In this document: one piece after another, positions 18,327-26,404 of the stretch | Position numbering within the stretch: the first letter of the stretch is position 1 | How the letters are laid out: each line of letters opens with the position of its first letter | NCBI GenBank assembly: GCA_964397195.1 | Contig: CAYNGY010000003.1 | Span: 135,836 to 179,452 of the forward strand | Source of the DNA: an uncultured Gammaproteobacteria bacterium | GTDB lineage: Bacteria > Patescibacteriota > Patescibacteriia > SBBC01 > CAIJZX01 | Length of the DNA stretch: 43,617 bases | Reading direction: 5' to 3' | Notes under the pieces: model-generated | Seen by the model: the letters and a program-made list of their open reading frames with translations, nothing else | What the model was told of the DNA's origin: nothing | Databases searched by the model: none | Position numbers and translations under genes: made by a program

Positions 18327-19436
18327 ATGCGTGATCACGGGCGGACGTGGATCGGCGTGTCGCGACAGGCCGTGCTTCAGAATGTTCGTCACCTCCGAAC
18401 TGTAGCCGGGACGGCCGCGCTGATGCCGATGGTCAAATCCAATGCGTATGGCCATGGCACGGCCACGGTATTACAGATTCTCGAAAAACAGGCGCTTTGG
18501 GGGTTTGGCGTGGCCTATGGGCAAGAAGCGCTAGACCTCCGCCAGCGAGGCTTCCAGGGCCGTATAGCGGCTCTGAGCGCGTGGGAAATGTCCGATCTTC
18601 CGGAACTCCAGCGCCATTCAGTGGAGTTGGTAGTTCATGATTTTACGACACTAAAGGCGGTACTTCAAGCGGCCCGGCGGGGAGTCCTACGTATTCATCT
18701 GAAGCTCGATACTGGGACCACGCGTATTGGATTTCGCCCCGAGGATCTCGGGCGTCTTCGACGCGTCTTGCTTCGTCGACCGAAGAAGATTCGGATCGCG
18801 TCGGTTTGGACACATTTTGCGGATAGCGATACTGGCGAAGCGCAGAAAACGTATCGGCAAAATGCCCGATTTCGAGCAATGAGCTCTGGTATTCCGGATG
18901 CGGCGTCCCTCCACGCGGCCTGTACGGCGGCGCTGATTCGCTATCCGGAAACCCGCTACGACCTGTGTCGTCCGGGAATTGGGGTCTATGGATTGTGGCC
19001 GTCCTCGTTAGTCCACGCGTGGGCACGTCGGCATCTGCCCGCGTTACGGCTTCAGCCGGCCTTAACCTGGATGACCCATATTGCGGCCATAAAAACGGTG
19101 CCGCGCGGGACAAGTGTTGGGTATGCCGGAACATATGTTTGTCGAAGAAAAACGCAGGTTGCGATCTTGCCCGTTGGGTATGGCGATGGATTGCGACGAG
19201 CCGCGAGCAATCGTGGACGAGTCTGGGTCGCCGGGAAATCGGCGCCGATCATTGGACGGATTTGCATGAACCTAACCATGGTTGATGTCACCGGCCTGGC
19301 GGTCCGTCCGAATATGCCGACGGAATTGATTGGACCACATATCAGCGCCGAGGATCACGCTCGGTGGGCGGAGACGATTTCCTATGATATTGTAACGGGA
19401 CTTCATCCGTTGATCCCTCGGTCAGTCACATCATGA
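18327..19436 (+). CDS. alr: Alanine racemase
   Basis: PLP-lysine motif 'MPMVKSNAYGHG', 'HLKLDTGTTRIGF', 'RPGIGVYG', 'GYGDG' and 'GRICMN'. Confidence 0.9.
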   Translation: MRDHGRTWIGVSRQAVLQNVRHLRTVAGTAALMPMVKSNAYGHGTATVLQILEKQALWGFGVAYGQEALDLRQRGFQGRIAALSAWEMSDLPELQRHSVELVVHDFTTLKAVLQAARRGVLRIHLKLDTGTTRIGFRPEDLGRLRRVLLRRPKKIRIASVWTHFADSDTGEAQKTYRQNARFRAMSSGIPDAASLHAACTAALIRYPETRYDLCRPGIGVYGLWPSSLVHAWARRHLPALRLQPALTWMTHIAAIKTVPRGTSVGYAGTYVCRRKTQVAILPVGYGDGLRRAASNRGRVWVAGKSAPIIGRICMNLTMVDVTGLAVRPNMPTELIGPHISAEDHARWAETISYDIVTGLHPLIPRSVTS

Positions 19437-20431
19437 ATCTCTTCTCGCGCGGCCGCCGTGCCCCAACCCCAGCGCCCGATCCCGTCCACGCCTCGCACAA
19501 CCCGTTATTTACCGACGGATCCGAGGCGGCGGCCACTCGGCAGTTGATTTATTTATGGACGGCCGGGGTTTTAGTGGTTCTGGCCGCGTTGTGGTGGGTG
19601 TTTGGGCCGTGGTCACGGATTACGTCTGTCCAGGTTCGCGGAACCGTCTTTGTGACAGCGTCGAGCGTCCATGACGCGACCGAGTATGAACTGTCGCAAC
19701 GTCGATTTGGTGTGTTCCCTGGACGACAGCGAGTTTTCTTTTCGCGTGGGTCATTAGCAACACGCCTCAAAGCGCGGATTGAACGTCGAATTTCTATTCG
19801 CGGCGTGCAGGTCGACTGGGTTGATCGTCGAACCATCTCCGTGACGGTCCAAGAGCGGTTGCCGCTTGGGATGTGGTCAAATGGAACGCAATCAGGATGG
19901 ATTGATGCCGAGGGGAAGATTGTGTCACTCGATGCCGCGCCGGAGAATCTTCACCTCTGGCCGATTGAGGATGAAGGTGCGTTACCGTTTGTCGTGAATG
20001 ACCAGGTCGTTGATCCGGGTGTGGTCACGGCTATTTCGACGTTACATGACCAGTTTATTTTACGACACATCGACATTGCCACGTATATTTTACCGTTGCC
20101 GCAGTGTATCGAATCTCCGGTGGTGACTGAAGAGGTGACGACGAATACGAACGTCAACGTGAATGGTAACGGTTTGCGTAATATGAATGCGACTGATAAT
20201 ACGAATTCAGCTTCTAAAGCGCCAACCGAGATTCCATGTCAGGCGGAGTCGTTACGGCTTCAGCGGCCCGAGATACAAGTCCAGGTCAAAGATGGCCCGT
20301 TGGTGCGCTTTGATCGGTACACGAACCTTGTTTCGGCCGTCTCAGCGCTGGAGCGTTTGCTGGCCGAGGAGGCGTATGGAAAGGCGAAGACGATTGATTT
20401 ACGCTTTGGGGAACGGGCCTTTATCCATTAA
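19433..20431 (+). CDS. ftsQ: FtsQ/DivIB-like cell-division protein (TM segment plus POTRA)
   Basis: One TM segment ('LIYLWTAGVLVVLAALWWVF') followed by a POTRA-like 'ITSVQVRGTVFVTASSV'. ATGA overlap with alr. It contains an Asn/Thr-rich low-complexity insert. Confidence 0.55.
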   Translation: MNLFSRGRRAPTPAPDPVHASHNPLFTDGSEAAATRQLIYLWTAGVLVVLAALWWVFGPWSRITSVQVRGTVFVTASSVHDATEYELSQRRFGVFPGRQRVFFSRGSLATRLKARIERRISIRGVQVDWVDRRTISVTVQERLPLGMWSNGTQSGWIDAEGKIVSLDAAPENLHLWPIEDEGALPFVVNDQVVDPGVVTAISTLHDQFILRHIDIATYILPLPQCIESPVVTEEVTTNTNVNVNGNGLRNMNATDNTNSASKAPTEIPCQAESLRLQRPEIQVQVKDGPLVRFDRYTNLVSAVSALERLLAEEAYGKAKTIDLRFGERAFIH

Positions 20432-20530
20432 GGGATTGGATATTCAGCATCGAGAGGGCCTGCGTTTAGTTTTCACTTCCTTTAGTGACGTAAAAGGTAT
20501 ATTAAACGACGCTAGTATCTAAACGAAGCC

Positions 20531-20553
20531 GGCGGAGTTTGGCCCTCCCCGCC
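20531..20553 (-). terminator. Possible terminator hairpin downstream of the M23 peptidase gene
   Basis: On the minus strand: GGCGGGG-AGGGCCAAA-CTCCGCC, a 7-bp stem including one G-U pair, followed by GGCTTCGTTT. The U-tract is weak. Confidence 0.3.
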
Positions 20554-20579
20554 ATGGAAAGCGCTGCTGGTTGCGCGAG

Positions 20580-21851
20580 CTACGGTAAGTATTTCAGTGG
20601 ATCGTCCGGAATGCCGTCGACGCGGAACTCTAAGTGCAAATGCGCACCAGTGGTTGTCGTTCCGGCACCGGCCGTTCCCGGTAGTCCCCCGGAAAGACCG
20701 ATGATATCCCCCTGGCGGACAAATTGGTCGGTGTGGACGTAGACCGCGCTGAGGTGCAAGTATCGAGTGGCGATGCCTTTTTCATGAACCACGCCCACGA
20801 AGTTTAATGCGCTCCGAATTTTTTTGCCAGCGGCATCCGTGACCCAGCCTTGTGAGTGGACGACCGAAACAACGCCATCAGCGGCGGCTTTAACCGGCGT
20901 GCCCTGCGGGACACCAATATCGAGTCCGGTGTGCTCACCGATGTACCGTCGGAACGGATATGACGGGTCGTGGAAATAGGCGGTCAGCGGACCTTTTACT
21001 GGCCAGATGTATCCGGTGGACGTGAAGTCAGGGTATTCATCTCCGCCGCCGTTCAGTTTTCGCTGGACTTGCTGTTCAAGCGCACTGATGGTCGCATTCG
21101 CCTGTTGCTCTTCTTTCGCTGCTTGAGCTAGCTGATCTTCGTATTGATCTTGCGTTTTCTTGGCGTCAGAAAGCAATGTGTCTTTGAACGATCGCTGATC
21201 GACCACCGCATTCCGTTGCACTTCCAGCTGGAGCTTGGCCTGACGCTGATCATCACGCGACTTCACTAAAGCATCTTGCTTGGCGGTTAGGTCTGATTTG
21301 AGCGTTTCAACCTCATCAATCGTATCCTTCAAATTACGCGACAACGCCGTCACCGCTTGTGCTTGGCTATAAAACTCAGACAAGTTTTCTTGGGTGATGA
21401 CGAGTGCGAGTGTGGAGATGCGCGTGTTCGAGTCCATCTGGCGAATGGCGTTGGCCAGCTGTGACTTCTTGGTGTTGATTTCCGCCGTCTTACGGTCGAT
21501 CGACTGCTGGATCGAAGTCATTTCCAGTTCCAGGGCGGTAATTTCCTCTTGCTTTTCTCGTATGGCGTGATTCGACTGGGCAATTTGGGCGTCAATGAGG
21601 GCAATTTGCGAGTTAATATCATGTACATTTCCGGCGGCAGAATCGACAGCTTGTTGTAGCGCGGCCTTTTGAGCTTCGAGATCCTGGAGCGTCTTCCTTT
21701 GATTGTCGATTTGCTGGTTCAGGTCAGCCACCTCTTGATCGGTGGCGACAGCGTGAACGGCGGAACCACCATACGGGAGGAACGCAAATACGGCCACCAA
21801 CGTGGTAGCAAGGGCTCTTTTGAAATGCCGTTTGGTGTTTGTTGTATCCAT
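20580..21851 (-). CDS. Secreted M23 (LytM) metallopeptidase with a long N-terminal coiled coil
   Basis: Signal peptide and about 250 aa of heptad-rich Q/E/K/L sequence. The C-terminus carries 'HTGLDIGVPQGTPVKAAADGVV' (HxxxD) and 'GAHLHLEFR' (HxH). Confidence 0.85.
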   Translation of the reverse strand: MDTTNTKRHFKRALATTLVAVFAFLPYGGSAVHAVATDQEVADLNQQIDNQRKTLQDLEAQKAALQQAVDSAAGNVHDINSQIALIDAQIAQSNHAIREKQEEITALELEMTSIQQSIDRKTAEINTKKSQLANAIRQMDSNTRISTLALVITQENLSEFYSQAQAVTALSRNLKDTIDEVETLKSDLTAKQDALVKSRDDQRQAKLQLEVQRNAVVDQRSFKDTLLSDAKKTQDQYEDQLAQAAKEEQQANATISALEQQVQRKLNGGGDEYPDFTSTGYIWPVKGPLTAYFHDPSYPFRRYIGEHTGLDIGVPQGTPVKAAADGVVSVVHSQGWVTDAAGKKIRSALNFVGVVHEKGIATRYLHLSAVYVHTDQFVRQGDIIGLSGGLPGTAGAGTTTTGAHLHLEFRVDGIPDDPLKYLP

Positions 21852-21863
21852 TCGACAAGAACT

Positions 21864-21892
21864 ACCCTACCATAGAATCAGGCTTTTGTCAA
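21864..21892 (-). promoter_or_regulatory. Putative promoter for the M23 peptidase gene
   Basis: On the minus strand: TTGACA (21892-21887, overlapping the gltX stop), a 17-nt spacer, then TGgTAGGGT (extended -10, hexamer 21869-21864). There are 12 nt to ATG 21851. Confidence 0.4.
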
Positions 21893-23355
21893 TTCAGTTT
21901 TGCCATCACCGCTTTGATGCGTCGCAGTGTTTCGTCCTGACCGAGCGTCACCATTAGGTCAAATACATCCGGGCTGGCAGCTTGTAATGACAGGGCGACG
22001 CGACCCGGCCACAAGACGCCACCATTTTTTTGTCCAGACGCGGCGATTTTTTCGATGATTTTCGTTTTGAGCAACGATGCGTCGGAAAATAATTCGGACT
22101 GCTCGACTTCCGTGGCGAGCCAGCGGAGTGATTCGAGGGTTTGTGCGGCCGTCCCTTTCTTTGGAATGCACAGAGAAATGTCCGCCATCGTGGCTAGGCG
22201 CTGGTCAAACCCGTCCGGGCGAAGGTACTCAGTCAGGGTGTTTATATCCGCGAGCGTCACTAAGCGGTCACGGACAAGGGCAACCACCCGATGTTGCCAG
22301 GCGAGGTCGGTGAGATACGGAGCGGCGAGGTTCCAAAACGGCTGAAGACGCTTGGTAAGTTCTTCGATCGCTAGTGCGCGGATGTAGTAGCCGTTGAACC
22401 AGTCGAGCTTGGTGCGATCGAAAATAGCGCCAGCCGGATTGAATTCCGCCAGATCAAATTGATTGATGACATCATCGAGCGATATGACCTCCGTATCCCC
22501 TTTCGGATGCCAGCCCATGAGAACCAAAAAGTTTCGCATGGCTTCCGGAAGATACCCAGCGTCGCGGAAAGCCAAGGCTGAGGTGGCGCCGTGACGTTTC
22601 GACATTTTACTTCGATCGGTTCCGAGGATGAGCGGCAGGTGGGCAAATCGCGGGGGCTCCCAGCCGAGGCATTCATACAGGTAGAGATGTTTTGGCACTG
22701 ACGGTAGCCATTCTTCGGCGCGTAACACGGTGTCGATGTGCATCAAATGGTCATCGACGACGACCGCGAGATGATAGGTCGGAAATCCATCAGATTTCAT
22801 GATCACGCTGTCGTCTAGCAGATCGTAGCGGAATGTCACATCACCGCGAATAAGGTCATGGTGTGTGAGTGTCCCCTCGGTTGGCATTTTTAATCGAATC
22901 GTTGCCGGCTCCCCAGCCGCCAGCCGGGACGCAACTTCTTCTTTCGAGAGGGCTAAGCAGGTTCGGTCGTAGCGTGGTGGTCGCTTGGCGGCCTGCTGAG
23001 CAACGCGCATCTCTTCTAACCGCTCCGGGGTGCAGAAACAATGGTAGGCATGGCCGGAGGCGAGGAGTTGCTCCGCATACTGTTGGTAGAGCGGTAAGCG
23101 TTCGCTTTGGGTGTATGGGCCATATGGACCTGGCTGCTGCGGGCCTTCGTCCGGAATGATCCCAATCCACTCCAGCGCCTCGTATAATCGTTCAACACTG
23201 CCCGGCACAAACCGTGCCCGGTCAGTGTCTTCAATCCGCAGGACGAACGTGCCCTGGTGTTGCTTGGCGTAAATCCAATCAAACAGGGCTATCCAAATGG
23301 TGCCAATGTGTACTTCGCCGGTCGGTGATGGGGCAAGACGAACGCGAACGGACAT
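21889..23355 (-). CDS. gltX: Glutamate--tRNA ligase
   Basis: 'RLAPSPTGEVHIGT' (HIGH), 'LRIEDTD' and 'KMSKRHG' (KMSKS). Confidence 0.95.
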   Translation of the reverse strand: MSVRVRLAPSPTGEVHIGTIWIALFDWIYAKQHQGTFVLRIEDTDRARFVPGSVERLYEALEWIGIIPDEGPQQPGPYGPYTQSERLPLYQQYAEQLLASGHAYHCFCTPERLEEMRVAQQAAKRPPRYDRTCLALSKEEVASRLAAGEPATIRLKMPTEGTLTHHDLIRGDVTFRYDLLDDSVIMKSDGFPTYHLAVVVDDHLMHIDTVLRAEEWLPSVPKHLYLYECLGWEPPRFAHLPLILGTDRSKMSKRHGATSALAFRDAGYLPEAMRNFLVLMGWHPKGDTEVISLDDVINQFDLAEFNPAGAIFDRTKLDWFNGYYIRALAIEELTKRLQPFWNLAAPYLTDLAWQHRVVALVRDRLVTLADINTLTEYLRPDGFDQRLATMADISLCIPKKGTAAQTLESLRWLATEVEQSELFSDASLLKTKIIEKIAASGQKNGGVLWPGRVALSLQAASPDVFDLMVTLGQDETLRRIKAVMAKLN

Positions 23356-23358
23356 GGC

Positions 23359-24117
23359 TTACTGGGTGATAATTGTTTTGAAAAACGTCCAGGTAGCGTT
23401 CCAGACGCGCCGCCTTCGTCGCTGCGGTTCGTGAAACTTACCAGCATTCACCCAGGTATACAACCACTCAAATCCAAACCGTCGGATGACGGCCGGGGCC
23501 CGTGGGGCGAGGCCGGCCAGATAGTCGAAGGTGCGCCCAACGCCGACGGCGATGGAAACATCATGGAGATGGGCGCGATGCTTAGCAATCCACAGCTCCT
23601 GTTTCGGGGCCCCTAAGGCGACGAGCAGAATATCGGGCTTGCTGTGATGAATGCGTTCGACGATCCGCCGGTCGCTCAAGGGTGTCCACGGCCACCGCTC
23701 ACCGGATTCAACGCCGGCGATGGTTAATCCCGGGTAATCACGAAGGAGCGCCGAGGCGGCCCGCTCGCCTACCCCTGGTTTGGCCCCGAGTAAAAAGACC
23801 GACCGATGCTGCCCGGCGGCTAGGCGCATGAGTCCAAGGACATAATCAACACCAGCAATGCGGTGGCGGTGTCGGATTCCCGATACCCCAAAGCCAACTT
23901 TAATCCCCATCCCATCCGGAATCGATAAATCTGATTGATTCAGGATGGCGCGGAAGGCCTCGTGGGCCGTGGCTTCGAGCAAGAACTCCGGTCCAGGGGT
24001 GACGACGTGGTGGAACCCGCGGTCACGTAGCCACGTTTCCGACACGTTCAGGGCTTGCTGGAGCGAGAGATCATCAATCCGAACACCGAGGAGCTGACGT
24101 TGGGGATACATATACAT
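23359..24117 (-). CDS. WecB/TagA/CpsF-family glycosyltransferase
   Basis: 'V.TPGPEFL', 'L.IPDGMGI', 'R..G.D', 'FLLGAKPGV', 'PDILLVALGAPKQE.W' and 'VGVGRTFDY'. The in-frame ATG at 24111 is an alternative start that fits the predicted promoter better. Confidence 0.85.
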   Translation of the reverse strand: MYMYPQRQLLGVRIDDLSLQQALNVSETWLRDRGFHHVVTPGPEFLLEATAHEAFRAILNQSDLSIPDGMGIKVGFGVSGIRHRHRIAGVDYVLGLMRLAAGQHRSVFLLGAKPGVGERAASALLRDYPGLTIAGVESGERWPWTPLSDRRIVERIHHSKPDILLVALGAPKQELWIAKHRAHLHDVSIAVGVGRTFDYLAGLAPRAPAVIRRFGFEWLYTWVNAGKFHEPQRRRRRVWNATWTFFKTIITQ

Positions 24118-24145
24118 TGAAAAATACCTTAGAATGTGCTATACT
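24117..24145 (+). promoter_or_regulatory. Putative promoter for the 24155 gene (half of an overlapping divergent pair)
   Basis: TTGAAA (24117-24122), a 17-nt spacer, then TATACT (24140-24145). There are 9 nt to ATG 24155. Confidence 0.45.
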
Positions 24146-24149
24146 TCAA
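24121..24149 (-). promoter_or_regulatory. Putative promoter for the TagA/WecB-like gene (other half of the divergent pair)
   Basis: On the minus strand: TTGAAG (24149-24144), a 17-nt spacer, then TATTTT (24126-24121). There are 3 nt to ATG 24117 and 9 nt to the in-frame ATG 24111. Confidence 0.35.
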
Positions 24150-24154
24150 TACCT

Positions 24155-25633
24155 ATGAAGACATGGCTCTATACCATCGTAATAACGGTCGTTGCGGGTC
24201 TCGGATTCTCCATCCTCCCCCACCAATTGGTGGCGGATGATTTTAATCCGAATATGATCGTCAGCGATGACGAATTCACCGATACGACGAGCATGTCGGC
24301 CGCAAAAATCCAGGAGTTTTTACAGCTCCAAAGCGGAGTCTTGAAGAATTTACATGTGACTGTCGATGGCGCTGACAAAACGGCGGCCCAGGTGATTTAT
24401 GATGCCGCCGTGGCCAACAATATCAGCCCGAAGGTCTTGCTGACGACTATCCAAAAAGAATCGAGCATGTTGAGTCGCTCGAGTTTTTCTACGTCGGGAT
24501 ATTCCGGGTCACAGCAATATTACCTGGACTGGATAATGTTTTACGGCTGGTGTGATAGCTGTTCATCCGGTTCAAACAAAGGCTTTGTCAATCAAATTAA
24601 CTCGGCGGCCGCGGCGTTCCGGCGGTATCTGAATGCAATCGCGGCTCAGGGCTACACCATCTCGTATTGGGGGCCGGGCATGACAAAGTCTATCGCCTGT
24701 ATCTCCTCGGATGCGTCCCGTGGGATTTGTGTTGCCGGACAGAACATCGCAATTACCCCGGCCAATGCCGCTACCGCCGCGCTCTACACCTACACTCCAC
24801 ATCCGGGCGGGAACAAATCCTTTTGGTCTTTATGGAACTCCTACGGCTTCGGTTGGCGACGACTGTACCCAGATGGAAGCCTCTTGCGCGCGAAAAACTC
24901 CTCGGTCGTCTATCTGATTCAGAATGGTGTGAAACGAGCGTTTGTTTCAAACGCGGCGTTTTTGTCGCGATACTCGTATTCGAATGTGATTACCGTTAAC
25001 CCTGACCATCTTTTCTTTTATGAAAATGGACGGTCCATTAAATTCGCGAATTATTCTCTCTTAAAGACGCCACGCGGCGGCATTTATTTGCTTGTTGACG
25101 ATACCATTCGCGCTATTCCGTCGCGCACAATCTTCCGGACGGCCGGATTCTCAAATGATGAGGTGGTAAAAGTGACCTGGAATGATATTGCTTCATTCCC
25201 ACAAGGTCCGGATATTACCGCCGAAAACATTTACCCGTCGGGGCGCCTACTTCAGAATAAGAAGTCCGGGGTGGTGTACTACGTTAAAGATGGCGTGCGT
25301 CATGGCATCCCGAGTCGCGAGATCTATAAATCGCAGTTTGGGAAGCGCAAATCGACGGCGGTGGCGCCAAGCGTGCTAGACACCTATACGCTGGGTGAAC
25401 CGGTTGGATTTAAAGACGGCGAGCTGGTGGTCTTGAAAGCCGGTGGCACGGTCTACTTTATTTCGAACGGACAAAAACTCCCGATCGAATCTATGGAAGT
25501 AGCCAAAGCCTACAAGTTTGATCTGATCTGGAAAAATTTGATTAGGACGAACCAGGCCTCACTTGATGCCCACCCAACCGGCCCAACGCTGACACTGACC
25601 GATGCCACGCCGGTGACAGTCGCCGGACAGTAA
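24155..25633 (+). CDS. Secreted protein with an N-terminal putative glycan-hydrolase-like domain and four tandem ~45-60 aa repeats
   Basis: Signal/TM segment 'MKTWLYTIVITVVAGLGFSIL'. 'SPKVLLTTIQKESSML' resembles the E-S catalytic motif of lytic transglycosylases. Four repeats follow the pattern (Y/F)xxGxLL(K/R)xxxxxxVY.IxxGxxRxIPS. ATG 24155 is preferred over 24134 because of the promoter position. Confidence 0.5.
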   Translation: MKTWLYTIVITVVAGLGFSILPHQLVADDFNPNMIVSDDEFTDTTSMSAAKIQEFLQLQSGVLKNLHVTVDGADKTAAQVIYDAAVANNISPKVLLTTIQKESSMLSRSSFSTSGYSGSQQYYLDWIMFYGWCDSCSSGSNKGFVNQINSAAAAFRRYLNAIAAQGYTISYWGPGMTKSIACISSDASRGICVAGQNIAITPANAATAALYTYTPHPGGNKSFWSLWNSYGFGWRRLYPDGSLLRAKNSSVVYLIQNGVKRAFVSNAAFLSRYSYSNVITVNPDHLFFYENGRSIKFANYSLLKTPRGGIYLLVDDTIRAIPSRTIFRTAGFSNDEVVKVTWNDIASFPQGPDITAENIYPSGRLLQNKKSGVVYYVKDGVRHGIPSREIYKSQFGKRKSTAVAPSVLDTYTLGEPVGFKDGELVVLKAGGTVYFISNGQKLPIESMEVAKAYKFDLIWKNLIRTNQASLDAHPTGPTLTLTDATPVTVAGQ

Positions 25634-25637
25634 CCGT

Positions 25638-26402
25638 ATGCCTTTTATTGGAGCGGCGGTGGTGCCGCACGGGCCACTGCTCCTCGAAACAGTCGCCAAG
25701 GGTCACGCGGCGGCAGGACAGACGCTCCGTCAGGCGGCCACCGTGGCTGGTGGTCATTTTGTGCAACTCAAGGCGACGGACATCATTCTGCTGACCCCGC
25801 ATGGGCCGGCCAGTTTCGGGCAGACGGTTCCCCTACTCCAGGGCCAACCGTATCAAGGTGCCCTAAAAGATTTTGGCGAACTTCGACCCTCCGTTTTTTC
25901 GCTTAGCCAGCAATTGACGCATGAACTTCAGGTGGGCGGTGATCGTGAGCATGTCCCGACGCAACTCGTTTCGGTTGAAGAGTTGGATTATGGTGTGGTC
26001 GCCGCGTGGCGACTGATCGGTGCACCAATGGGTATTCGCGTCCTCGCTATTTCCACGCTCGGCTTATCAAGTGAAACGTTGGTGCGCCTCGGACAGGTAC
26101 TCCGTGAAGTTGCGGTCACATCCTCGCTCCGGGTTGGGGTGATCGCTTCGGCCGATTTCAGCCGACGAAAATCTCCGGACCCACGTTTTGATCGTCCAAC
26201 GCCTCTTGAGCGCGACATTGCAAACGCCTTACGTAGCCGATCATTATCAGCTCTTCCACCGTTTACGTCCCGTGCCGTTTGCGGCCTTGGACCAATCGTG
26301 GCCCTCCTCAGTGCGTTAGAGGGGCGAGCTGGAACGACCGAGGTGCTTACGTCTGCCGCACCGTATGGCGTTGGACACCTGGTGGCCTGGCTGGACGCGT
26401 AA
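25638..26402 (+). CDS. LigB-superfamily (class III extradiol dioxygenase / Memo-like) protein
   Basis: 'GAAVVPHGPLLL' and 'DIILLTPHGP' match the PH.P...(PD.ivi.sPHg) pattern I associate with PF02900-type proteins. The rest of the sequence is divergent. Confidence 0.45.
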   Translation: MPFIGAAVVPHGPLLLETVAKGHAAAGQTLRQAATVAGGHFVQLKATDIILLTPHGPASFGQTVPLLQGQPYQGALKDFGELRPSVFSLSQQLTHELQVGGDREHVPTQLVSVEELDYGVVAAWRLIGAPMGIRVLAISTLGLSSETLVRLGQVLREVAVTSSLRVGVIASADFSRRKSPDPRFDRPTPLERDIANALRSRSLSALPPFTSRAVCGLGPIVALLSALEGRAGTTEVLTSAAPYGVGHLVAWLDA

Positions 26403-26404
26403 CG

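Noticed and set aside
18643-19134. A 163-aa minus-strand ORF.
   Set aside because: It is antisense to alanine racemase, whose frame has the PLP-lysine and other motifs. The composition is off-frame-like.
20432-20530. A possible small RNA or small ORF in the 148-nt convergent gap between the ftsQ-like gene and the M23 peptidase gene.
   Set aside because: There is no promoter-like motif and no convincing structure apart from the weak hairpin at 20531-20553, which is most simply a terminator region.
26279-26404. The track's N-terminal extension of the priA-like ORF.
   Set aside because: It overlaps the LigB-like gene in another frame. PriA-like sequence starts at ATG 26405, 2 nt after the upstream stop.
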